From assembly GCF_037042905.1 (NCBI RefSeq), contig NC_087250.1, positions 16,060,001-16,124,000 on the forward strand: DNA of 64,000 nucleotides. Reading direction: 5' to 3'. The translations under genes were made by a program, and so were the position numbers. The notes under the pieces are model-generated. The model worked only from the letters and a program-made list of their open reading frames with translations. It was not told where the DNA came from and ran no database searches. Positions 1-11,775 of this stretch are shown here, one piece after another (position 1 is the first letter of the stretch; each line of letters opens with the position of its first letter). Source of the stretch: Lytechinus pictus (lineage: Eukaryota).

Positions 1-982
1 GAAGATAAAAGGTTCATGATGAGGTACGCGACCTCGTTAGGAATGAACTTCTTGGCTGTGAAGAAGCCAATGCAGAAGCGTCCGAATATATTCCCGACGC
101 CGCCGGCTGTCGCGACGTAGACGGACATCTGTGAGTCGAAGCCCTTCGCTTCTGCGTTAGGAATAACAAAGAGAACCCAGCCATCGTAGGAGACTCCAAA
201 GAGGATTGTTGCGAGGCATATGCCAAAAAAGACTGGGTAATCCTTGAAGAGGTAGAGGTCAAATAACTCGGCAATGCTGTGGCACCATCTTCCAAAACAA
301 GTCCGATTTGGGTTGTCTTTTGGACAGTCTTCAGAGGCGATTGCCTCTTTGACAGATACACTGTTTGAGGTTGTATTGTACGATGCTACTAGTTCGTGGT
401 GATGTTTGCTGTCCGAGTTTTCCACTTCGGAGCCAAAGCTTGTATAGCCATTGGGGGGTGCATCTTCGGTATCGCTGATGCGACGTATAAGAACTTTGCC
501 ATCTGATTTGCAATTGGTGTTGGTGTTTTCAGAGTGTCTCAGATGACCATTGCCAGTATGTTCATGAAGTATCAGATCATCTGTCTCACCTTCTGAATCA
601 ACATACAAATCAGTTGTACCATTTTCTTCTTCTACCCTCCCGCATGCTCCTGATGAACAATGTCCACTGTGCTCCCTTTTGCTCTCCCTCTCCATCTCCA
701 TTGTGTCATCCAGAGGCAATTCTCCTGTTGCTGACTCCTCTGCCTTTGGGACTGGTTCTAAGAGGGCGCCACTCACGAGTGTATTAAGATTAATGGCTCC
801 TAGGAGCATCAAGGCACCCCTCCAACCATAGCTGGTGACAAAGACCTCAAAAAGAAGCGGTAGAATCATAAGACCAATACCTCCACCTGTCAGGTTGATG
901 CTTGAGGCAATTTCAAACAGATCAGGGAAGTAATCCACGGGACTGGAGTTTGCTGGTAAAACCACTGTGCTAAAGCCGATCC
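1..982 (-). CDS. SLC16/monocarboxylate transporter-like MFS protein, coding exon 3 (TM4-TM6, long central loop, start of TM7); continues beyond the window
   Basis: Acceptor tgcatcag| at 983-984, phase 1. Reads (G)IGFSTVVLPANSSPVDYFPDLFEIASSINLTGGGIGLMILPLLFEVFVTSYGWRGALMLLGAINLNTLVSGALLEP, which contains the MCT signature YGWRGA...LN...GAL..P. The frame is still open at the left edge (...AKKFIPNEVAYLIMNLLS). It is absent from the ORF track, consistent with having no stop inside the window. Confidence 0.9.
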
Positions 983-1191
983 CTGATGCATTGAGAAGAA
1001 GAGGGGGGAAAGGGACATGAGAAACAGTACAAAGACCCATTCTTGCAAACATTGATGCTTAAACAAGGAAAGTTCATATCTGACAACTTATAGGATGATA
1101 AATTTTGATGAAATACTCCTAAAATGTGTTATCATTTAATGAAGACTATCCAGGAATGAAAATGTTCATTAAAAAACGGTTATAATTATAA

Positions 1192-2169
1192 ACAAGTGGA
1201 ATGCCTCTGGCCGTCTCACCTGCATCACGCAATTCAATATAGCAGCAGTGCTGATTTTGAAAACTACTATAACTCGCACAAGATGTTCAGTGATACTTGG
1301 TTACTCTTATTTCCACGTTTTATGAACTAGACCAATACACTTATAGAGATATGATGGCAATTCAACAAATACCCCCAACGTGGCCAAAGTTCTTTGACCT
1401 TACATGACCTTTGACCTTGATCATGTGACCTGAAACTCGCACAGGATGTTCAGTGATACTTGATTACTATTATGTCCAAGTTTTATGAACTAGACCAACA
1501 CACTTTCAAATTTATGGCTGTAATTCAACAAATACCCCAATTTGGCCAAAGTTCATTGACCCTAAATGACCTTTGACCTTGATCATGTGACCTGAAACTT
1601 GCACAGGATGTTCAGTAATACTTGATTACTATTATGTCCAAGTTTCATGAATCAGATCCATAAACTTTCAAAGTTATGATGGTAATTCAACAGATACCCC
1701 CAATTCGGCCAAAGTTCATTGACCCTAAATGACCTTTGACCTTGGTCATGTGATGTGAAACTCATGCAGGATGTTCAGTGATACTTGATTAACCTTATGT
1801 ATAAGTTTCATGAACTAGGTCCATATATTTTCTAAGTTATGATGACATTTCAAAAACTTAACCTTAGGTTAAGATTTTGATGTTGATTCCCCCAACATGG
1901 TCTAAGTTCATTGACCCTAAATGACCTTTGACCTTGGTCATGTGACATGAAACTCAGGCAGGATGTTCAGTAATACTTGATTAACCTTATGGCCAAGTTT
2001 CATGAACTAGGTCCATATACTTTCTAAGTTATGCTGTCATTTCAAAAACTTAACCTCAGGTTAAGATTTGGTGTTGACGCCGCCGTCGCCGCCGCCGCCG
2101 CCGCCGCCGCCGTCGCCGTCGGAAAAGCGGCGCCTATAGTCTCACTCTGCTATGCAGGTGAGACAAAAA
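1192..2169 (-). mobile_element. Helentron-associated non-autonomous element (HINE/DINE-1-like), copy 1
   Basis: Read on the minus strand: T-run, subterminal IR GTCTCACCTGCAT, short inner IR, (GGC)n microsatellite, ~150-bp central tandem repeats, second subTIR ATGCAGGTGAGAC, small hairpin, terminal CTTGT before T's. Homologous to 26311-27328 and 62952-63833. Confidence 0.8.
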
Positions 2170-2426
2170 TTGATACCGAGGACAGGAAGGTAAGTACAGC
2201 TAGGGGCTGCAGAACGGTTTGAAAGGGTAGGGGGTGAGCCAAAAGGTGACGGGGACTGACCATGCCCCCCCCAAAAAAAAAAAAAAAGATCTGATGGTCA
2301 TTTTAAAGTTTTTGTACAAGTTTACTGAGAAAAGATGGAGAAAGGGAAGGATACCCACCCGTTCCATTGCCCCTGAAGTATACGTAAAAAATATAATAGC
2401 GAAATTTGAATAAATAATTGATTTAC

Positions 2427-2567
2427 CAAACAAAAACAGAGCTGCAGCGAAGAGTGATCCTTTCATTGCAAAGGCTGATAAGATGAGACCTAGTGATCCA
2501 ATCAGGCCACCAGCCATGACTACCTGACGGACAGAGAACCGCCTTAGAAGAGGGGTGTTCAATACCG
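2427..2567 (-). CDS. SLC16/MCT-like transporter, coding exon 2 (TM3 region)
   Basis: Acceptor tttctccag| and donor G|gtaaat; 141 nt, phase 1-1. Encodes (S)VLNTPLLRRFSVRQVVMAGGLIGSLGLILSAFAMKGSLFAAALFLF, resembling the MCT RFG.R.V.M.GG motif. Joins in frame with both neighbouring exons. Confidence 0.88.
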
Positions 2568-2594
2568 CTGGAGAAAGATAGATAATACAAGAAA

Positions 2595-2893
2595 CGTATT
2601 CTGAAGCCGGGTTTAACTTAAACTCAGGTTTAAAGTTGTGGTTTAAGTATGGATAGCCAATTGTTACATAAATCACTAACAGTAGAGATATCATATTTCA
2701 GCTCATTTGGCTCTCAAATCATTCATATTATTTTGCCTAGGAAGTATGAAAAGATAATTGTCTTCATCATCGATGAATCGGGAAAGAGCACAGCAAACAT
2801 ACAACTTACAAAAAATTTTGACACATTTGGCTTCCCATAATTTTAGCAGAGAGTTAGACCATGGTCTAAGTTAAACCCGACTTCAGAATACGG
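2595..2893. mobile_element. MITE with ~25-bp TIRs
   Basis: cgtattctgaagccgggtttaactta ... taagttaaacccgacttcagaatacg inverted repeats, immediately upstream of the MCT exon 2 acceptor. Confidence 0.65.
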
Positions 2894-5800
2894 ACCATAA
2901 TGTCTTAGATCAGAAGAAAATCATACCTGGGGACGTTTCATGAAAGTTGTCTGCACTGACTATGCTGACTAAATTGTCAGTGCTGACATTTTCAGTGAAA
3001 TCCTTGGTTTTGATTAACTAAGAAGCACTGACCTCTGATTGATATGGTAAGTGTCGGAGGAAGACATCTTTTCACTGCTGACAACTTTCATGATTCTTTT
3101 ATCCATGAGATAATTGGATTTTAATTTCGGGCAACAAGTTAAATCAAAGAACTAGCGTAGCAGCAAGTGAGACAAAATATAGGCCTATGGCTACAATTAT
3201 TCAAGGGTTTTGAAAATCAAGCCTCATACCATTATCCAATCATGTTTATTTAAAAGACAAGTCCACCCCAATAATTTCATTCAAATCAGATGTAAAATAA
3301 TAAAAAGTTATGATTTTTCAAATGTTTTCTTATTTTTCCCTTAGTTGATAAAGTCACTCAATATTTCTTTTGTATTTTAATGAATGAATCGTACAATATT
3401 TCATCCCAGGTTTTACATAAAGGGAACCATTTAATCAAATCACAATGGGTTCCAACAATGGCTATTCCACGTCCATGTTAAAGAGAGGAATCAAACTATT
3501 TTACACATTGTAACGAGTAGTAAATCAAAATGTTTCACATTTCATGCAATAAAATAGAAAAAAATAAAAATATAGTGAGTGGGCGACGTCATCAATACCG
3601 ACCGGAATCTGCACATAACTCATCATGGAGATGAAATTAAGCAAACCATCAAAATGTCATAACTTTCGTTTTCACATCCGATTTTGATGAAATGTTCAGC
3701 ATTGATTGATTTTCCCTCTTTAACTCAATCAACCTTTCGATAGCATTGAATTCCCCCATCGATATAAAACACTATCCGCATCCGGAGTATATAAGGTTCC
3801 GGAATCCGATGTCGGACAAATAACAATAATCGGTCCTTGCTGTTTAAATAATCAATACTGGTGATTAATTCTGACACACCCGATACTCAATTAAAACAAG
3901 CATAATCAATGATGAATGAAATTCAGTAAAAATCAGAAATCATTTGTGGTTTTGAATTTGGGAAATTCTGACGTCACCTGCAACTCTAACCACGCAGAAA
4001 CCATGGAAACAAAAGGATCATAACTAGTATATTGGAGTAGCATTAAAAAAAGAGATTGAATGACCCAGGTGAATGACGTCTCTTGAACAGCGGGAAAAAA
4101 GGTTTCAATTTGGCCGATATTATTGATGTTTATAGGACAATGGATGAGAAAGACTAATTCAAGGGGAACTTTGGCTCTAAATTTCTCATTATCCCCGACC
4201 CCAGCGTTATTTATAGATTTTTTTAGGGGGGCGGAGGAAGCGGGGGTGGGGGGTCCTGTCCCCCCCTAAATTTGAGGTGGGGGACGGACCCCCCTAAAAT
4301 TTATGTTGATAATCTTTTTTTTTTTTTTGCTTGTCCAATTTTATACCTGTGTCCATCCCAAAATTCCAGGTGGGATCCCCCTAGATTTTTTGGCTTCCGC
4401 CGCCCATGGGCGGCGGAGTTAAATTCAAAGATGTTCCGTTGCGAGTCCACCAATCTTCTGTTTTTTTCCAAAGTCATTGATAAGAGTTTTCATTCCAGCA
4501 TGTGTGAATTATTGATTTAAGGTCGCCACATGGTAGGCAGTACAGAGACATTGATTTCCGTTTATTTTCGGTGAACTTGATTCAACAATTTACCATCTGT
4601 TTTCTATAAAACAAATATCTAATAGCAAATAATACAAAGTCACGCAATCCACTATTGCATGGTGGTCAGTTATAATGGTGAATGACATCACAAATTTCAA
4701 CGACGGTGTGACCTTTTATGAGAATTTTAATTTCATTGACAATTACAATTAAACGAAAACGGAACAACAAAGAAATGCAACCGGTATTATTTATTTTTTT
4801 TCACTTTGCTTTAACCTATAAGCCAATAAAAACAATGGTTTTAACCAGCATATGGTTGAATTGGTACCAAAATGAAGTTGACTTATTATCAACACTCTAT
4901 TTTCGTTAAGTTTCAGTCCTTCCGAGAAAATAAAACTTGCGAGAACTTGATGACTCTATTTACAATCAAAACATGAACCATAAGTGAGAAGTCAAATAGA
5001 ATACGGAACATATCACAGCATAATCGCATTTTTACTTTGAAATAATAATAATAATAAAAAACTTTTTATTTGTTGATTTGTGTTTTTACATACTAGTCAC
5101 ACCCCTTTTGTCTTTAACCACGGTCCAAGTTCAGCTTCCTTTGAAAATTATCCACAGTTATCCTCAAATTTGATGATTAGATTTCTCTTACTTTGCTATT
5201 ATTCACAAAAGATGAAATAAAAAAGGACGAGGTGACCAACAACATATTTTTAGAAATGTGCTTAGCTTAAAACATTTTCGTTATTAGAGTTATTCATATT
5301 TACCTATATTCTTAAACAAAAACTATAATATTCTTCGTCTACGATTCCTTTAACTCCCGATTGTCTAGAGAGCATCTTAAGTGCCAAGTACTGGACTAAA
5401 ACCAGCGACATATTGTCTTGTATTTTTCTAAATTTCCCTCTCAATTTCAAGGAACTTCATTTTGGTAATCGATAAACGTTAATTGCCTTTTTGTTCTCTC
5501 ATTCCGTTTTACTGGCCATTTAAACGTTCAATGAAAATTGTGTTATCGTGAAAAGCCACATCCCGGAATTGAAGAACATTCGGACGCGAACAAATCGTAC
5601 AGTGTCATTCGACGTATCTTTACGTCGTATATCCATACGTCGTACAACCATACCTGGTGGGCGTTTCTTGCTAAACTTGATCGTAAGTTACGAGGGACTT
5701 GACGAACGACTGGTTAATCAACGCCAGTACAATATATGGCGCACTTATTTTACCACAAGATAGGATCACCAATCGTCCGTAAAGTCACTCGTAACTTACG

Positions 5801-5925
5801 AACAGCTTTATGAAACACCCACCAGAACGTTCTCGTGTGGATGTGACTTTCAATTACAATACAATTCTTGGGATAGGCTGCAGTAAATGAAAAAAGGAAG
5901 AAATATCAAATGGAATATTGCTTAC

Positions 5926-6124
5926 ATAACCAATACGTAGCCCCATGGGCCATGCCGATGATAGTTCCAATGTAGGCCGTGGAGGTCCCGAAGTCTGACG
6001 TCATATCATTTAATATCACCCCGAACGACCGCACGGTACCGGTCTCCAGGAACGATACGAAGAATACACCGGTCAGGATGAACCATCGCTTGGTACCACG
6101 TGTTAACCGATGACGAACCTCCAT
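5926..6124 (-). CDS. SLC16/MCT-like transporter, first coding exon (TM1-TM2)
   Basis: ATG at 6124-6122. MEVRHRLTRGTKRWFILTGVFFVSFLETGTVRSFGVILNDMTSDFGTSTAYIGTIIGMAHGATYWL matches the MCT TM1 motif (W.....F.....G...SFG). Donor T|gtaagc at 5925. An upstream acceptor ttttttag| at 6164-6165 implies a further 5'UTR exon. Confidence 0.88.
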
Positions 6125-6837
6125 TGTGACGTCACAATTAGTCACGACTCGCCGGTGAGGAATCTAAAAAAGTGGGTAATGAAATGATAGATATCATAAG
6201 CCGTCATTAAAATCATCGACGTCACTGGTGGTAAATTTCAGGTAGGTGTCGTTCTTACCGAATTCTGACTTTACCAGCGAGCTTTTGTGATATCGGGACG
6301 GTTCCCGAGAATGCTAAATACTACAATAGGAGTCAATATGGAACAAACTGATCAACCAATCCATGTCCCCCTTCCACGCATGCGTCAACAATACATCTCT
6401 GCGTCTGTGGCTGTTTTGCGTTAAGTCTACAATACTTTGATTTAGTTTCCCTTCCTCTTGAACAGTGACTTTGTTCAGTCATGATACGGTTAAGAGTACA
6501 AATGAACCATTACTGTCAACGTAATGCCCTACATGCAATGTTACTTTCACTTTGAACACTCAGTTACACACAGAGTACAGGGCCGGAACTATAGGGGGCG
6601 TTCAGGGTCCCCCCCTGAAAAAATATGAAAACAGAAGATTAAACCGCTTTTGTTTATTTTATTCTTTTTTTTTTTACTTGAAAGCACCTTGTTTCCTCTT
6701 GTCAATTCCTTCCCCAGGAGGCAAACGTTGAGAACCATTATTTCATTTCTTTGGTTTATCTTTATTTTATTTCTTTTATCTATTCTTATTTGTTTACAAG
6801 TGAACTCCATCACAAAAACTTTATAGGTATGCGAGCT

Positions 6838-6985
6838 GGGGCCCGTTGCAGAGAGAGTTGCAATCAAACGCATCTTTAAAAATCATGCGTAACTTCATTT
6901 TCAACCAATCAACAGCACGCATTTTGGACTTGCGATTGATTTTTTGACTTGCGTTTAAACGCAACTCTTTCTGCAACGGGCCCCA
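6838..6985. mobile_element. Short palindromic MITE
   Basis: ggggcccgttgcagagagagttgc ... gcaactctttctgcaacgggcccc TIRs. Confidence 0.6.
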
Positions 6986-8659
6986 GATTGTATAAGCAGA
7001 ACATCCGTCTCGCAATGTTGGGTTCAATGGTATTTCTCTTTCCGCTAAATGAACAATAGGCTAAATTAAGGTTGGATCAAAATTCATCGTCGTGTGTGCT
7101 ATATGATTTCATTAAACTTGTCGCTTTGAATGATTGTTTGCTTCAATTATGTTTTTATTATTCAAACCCCCCCGCCCCCCCCCCGATGAGAAAAAAAAAT
7201 CAACTTCTTCAAACGGGGGGGGGGGGCTAAAAAGAGAGTGATGGGAAGGTTAGGGGTAGGGTACTTGCACCCTGCACCCCTAACCGTGATAAATAAATGG
7301 ATAATTGAATGAATAAACTAACTAAGCATGAACTAAGAAACATATATGTATAAGCATAATACAAAATACAAAATAAAACCCCGCTCCTGAGTGTGCGTGT
7401 TTTTTGTGAAATAAAAAGATAACAGCCTTGAATATATAAAAATGTGCTTCATATAATATTGGACAGCATACAAAAAAATGAGTGTTCTCGTTCTTATACC
7501 CAACAAATTGCAGTTTGAAACTTACAATACAAAACGGCCTCAATATGAAATCTAAATTAATCAAAAGCCCTTTGAAAACAATGTAATTCAGGTCTTCGTA
7601 ACATACGCTTTTGAAGCCTTTCTTTGTTTTTTTCGATTTGTATATGAAGTGATATTTTGCTCCTCGTGTTGACGCTATTGTTATTCCAATTTGGCTATAA
7701 TGCCTGGTAGGTTTTACGCAACGGGTCCCGGGGCGTTACACCTCTTTAATAATACCGAATTCAACCGAACAATGGTCAATTTCTTTTACATGTGTTGATT
7801 AATCATGTAAATGTTGGCTATGACGGGTACCAGCAAAATTATATGTCAATCCAACGCTAAATATCACATTCACAATAATACTATATAGAATACACGTCCA
7901 CGGACAACATAAATAAGTTATAATCTCCGTTGTGAATACAACAAGCAAATTCAGATAATTGTTATACTCCTCATAGTATATTTCTGGCATTTAAGTTTGA
8001 TAAATAAGCCCCTTAAAGGTGAAAATAAATCTAAAAGTTATCGGCCATTGCTTCAGATGCTGAATACCATTTTCCTTTTCAACCTGGACAAAACTGGAGA
8101 ATGCGCAACTCTATGCTTACTTCCTTGCAACAGTTTTCAAAAGGCGACAAAATATATGCGTGACAATTTGCATGGTGAACATAACGAAATATACTACGTA
8201 TTGAAAAAAAAATCCCGATAAAGGTTCAATCATTTACACTCTATCGATCAAGCTCAAAAAACCTCCTGACTCAAACATTGTCATCCTAACCCAACCCTCT
8301 CCAAAAAAATAAAAATAAATAACAATAATCATACCCTAAGCACACAATACTGCTATCCCTCCTTTAATATTGTTGTCCTGTCGCACAAAGATCGGTCATA
8401 GAAATAGTCATATATCAGCAAAGTAACAACCAAGGTCATATCTCGTTCATTTGAATACGATAAGATAATCCACATCAACAAAGTTTTCGGTAGTACACGG
8501 AGGCTGAATTCACAAATCTATCAAAGTATAGTTATATCATGCAAGTCTTCAGTAGTATTACAATAGTTGAAGCAGAAGAAAAGAAAACATCCACCGGTGT
8601 GTATTTTTTCAAACAAGCTGCTGTCCCATGTTACAACACGTCTTTTATCGGGCGATATA

Positions 8660-8800
8660 ACTTACTATTGACCTCACTTATGAATGTGTTTGGGATCCGC
8701 GCGCACGTTGCACTTTTCGATAATAAGCGGACGTGATTGGTTCAAAGTGCGAAATGTTCATTCTATCCTACTTCCTGGAGCGACGAGTTGTTTCCGCGTC
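8660..8800 (-). promoter_or_regulatory. Candidate promoter / non-coding first exon of the MCT-like gene
   Basis: Locally CpG-rich, non-repetitive patch with a CCAAT box (minus-strand CCAATCAC, ~8733-8740) and a perfect minus-strand donor GTAAGT at 8665-8660. Inference only. Confidence 0.3.
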
Positions 8801-11360
8801 GGTGTGTAATCGGTCTATCATTCAGTGCATGGGTGTGATCGTCTCGTGAGGCGTGAAATCTGGAAGTACTTTATTCTGAACGAGACTTTTCAGGGTTGCT
8901 TTAAAACTTGGTCATTGCCATCGTCAAAATCATATGTCAATGAAGGATTTTTAGCTTTAAGTTGAAGGTGTCTTTGTTTGAAAACTAGTTCTTTGGAAAG
9001 AGAAAAATGGGTTGTCAATATTTAGCCTATACATCAACCATTGGCCTAATAAGTCCATGCATCAACTGGGCTGATAATGGTTTTCCAGCAGAACGGGTGA
9101 TAATGATGTATAAATTTCCAAAGGGTCGATTATTTAGTTGCCTATTCTATGGCGAACTATAACATACCCGGTGCAATAGAGCGAGATCCAGCTGCTGTAA
9201 AAAATCTAATGATATCATTATCTTGCTATTTCTTTTCTAATTCAAAACAATATCCGACCACATCAATTATTTTTACGAGTGGATACACGGCCCTGGGAAA
9301 CGCACCCCCAAGATTTTTTGCTGAGGTGGTGTGTATGTTAAACACCAAAAGCAGCACCCCCTGGAAATCATGGGAGTATTTCATGAAAGGACTTGTCAGA
9401 CGTTTTATTCGACAGTTACTGTGGTTACACTGCCTCTCAGCCAATCATAATCAACGAAAGTTGTCAGATCTGACAACTTGTCGGACGAAAATCATGCCGA
9501 TGAAACGCTCCTCTTTTTATAATATCCTTTCTGACTGGTTGTTTCTTTGAACGAAAGCTGTACGAGGTTTATCGATAAAAAAAGGAAGAAGAGTAAACAG
9601 CGATATTTTATATTGTCTGTATGTTTTTATGAATAGTTTTTCCCCGAATTCCCAGGCCCGGCAATGTGTTGAAGTAATTCCATAATAATTGTATTTATCC
9701 GAGGGTCTGTTATGTAAGCATTTACGAGCTAGTTGATCATGACCATGTGATCAAAAGCGGGAGTGCGGGTGGGTATGTTATACCATGGTTGTACACCATA
9801 ATCAGTAACCCATGCTAAAATTAAAAAAATTGACACATATTCCTGGTATTCTTTATTTCGGAATCGATATGCTTTTATTATTACATGTTATCATTTCATT
9901 TTTTTTTCTAAACCACAAACTCCATTTTAGTTTAGAAATGGAATATTCATTTTCTCCGACAATACCACGAGAGTGACACACGCAACTGTTGTGTGAAGTA
10001 GAGTTCGGCTGCTGTGTAAAAAAAATCACAGGCAGACCCGGCGGGATTCGAACCCAAGATCTCTGTGATTTGTGTTCTTTCACAGCAGCCGAGCTCTAGT
10101 TGCGTGTGTTACCCTCGTGGTATTGTTGGAGGAAAAAGGAATATTTTATTTCGTGTCTTTTATCACCCAACGAATTATTATTAGTCCATCCATTTCTGTT
10201 TGTTTTAATAAAGCCCACCTTTTTGCTTTTATTTTTTTTTCTCGTGATAAAATTCCCTTCATTTTCCACTGAAAACTTTTTTTTCAATTTTTTTTCTTAA
10301 CAAAATCTCCTTTAATTTTTGAGTGAAGACCATTACGCATTAACCATGTTAACCATTGATCCACATTGTGAAGATCTTCATTTCATTACAGATTCATTAT
10401 CCTGAGCATGTGCACCACTATCATGACTATCAGAGCTGCATTATCTGCCTACAACACGATTTCACACTTATTTACAACCGCAGCAATATCGTTCACCATT
10501 ATCGAGAATAAGAGGGGTTCCAAGATAGACCCTTGAAGGACTCCACTACAAACTTCACCAGTATCAGATTATACCCCCCTTTTACACAATTTGTACGTAG
10601 AGTTTCGGCCTTTCAGGTATGAGCCGAAGCACGTATAAGTTCCTATCCTTCCAGACGGTGAGATTATCACATGGTGTTTTCACACCCCTATGACATTAAT
10701 AATGTATATTATTCGTTTAATTATTTTCTTCTTAAAATTGCAATTAGCCAAACTACCTGCTCCTGCTGCCCCTTCTTCTTTCTTTCTACTTAGTGTACTG
10801 CACTCCTCTGTCCCTCCTGTCTTCCCCCCTCACCTCCCCCTCTCTTATAATATTGTAAAACGTAATTTTTTTTCTCACACGATCCATCAGTTACGTTTTT
10901 GTCAAGTGCACAAAAATTGTTTGTATTTATTTTTAAACAAAATTATTCTTAAGACCCAATATCTATTTGTTGTAATTTTCTAATGTAACTAAGATAGGGG
11001 CTTGTCTCTTGTACAAGCTTTGCTTTTTTTCGGCAAGTCCCTCCGTTTTACTTTTAAATACAAATGTCATTTAAGATATCTTTATTTACTGAATTGTGTT
11101 CCTTAAATCTATGATTATGTTATATATATTATATTTTGTCTTGTAGTATTTTCGACCTTGTTATGTTATGTTTATCATATTATGTACAATTGTGAAACGG
11201 AAATAAATAAATCAAATCAAATCAATAATAACTACTGGAGAATTAATTTGTATGAAATCACTTTTCCAGCCATTCCAATCATTATTTTGGTCATAACCAT
11301 CTGGATTTCTTATGTAAGCTTTGCATCTAATGTAAACATATTCCCATATGAAATCTCTAA

Positions 11361-11775
11361 AGGCGACCGCACACCTTACGATTGGTCTGCGACCCGATTT
11401 CAGAATAAAATGTAGTAGGATTTGATGCTAATATTGAGACTTGGAATATCTTACTGTGTAATGTTCTAAATCATCGTACGAATACCTGTGTTCAAATCTG
11501 TGACTGTGCTATCATCCTTCTTAGAATAAAAGCGAATTTAATATCTAGTCGTAATGAAGTCATAGCAGTCGTACGATTGCCTACGATTTGAAACTAATTT
11601 GGCCTTTACTCTAAAATAAAGGCTTGGAATCTTTCAAAATGGTTATATTAGTATTCTTTCAATTTATTTTAACCTCAAATAAAATGATATGTTCCATTCA
11701 CTTTTTCAGAAAATGAGCAAAATGCTATTTGTTCCAAAATCGGATCGCGAACAGTCGTAAGGTGTGCGGTGGCCT
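11361..11775. mobile_element. PIF/Harbinger-type MITE
   Basis: 21-bp TIRs aggcgaccgcacaccttacga / tcgtaaggtgtgcggtggcct (1 mismatch), with TAA on both sides (3-bp TWA TSD). Confidence 0.75.

Noticed and set aside
14..513. ORF-track proteins of 115 aa and 60 aa
   Set aside because: They are alternative frames overlapping the true MCT exon frame.
2031..2222. Poly-alanine ORF
   Set aside because: It comes from the (GCC)n microsatellite of the HINE element.
2200..2694. 164-aa ORF as a single gene
   Set aside because: Only 2427-2567 is a spliced MCT exon; the rest is intron and MITE read-through.
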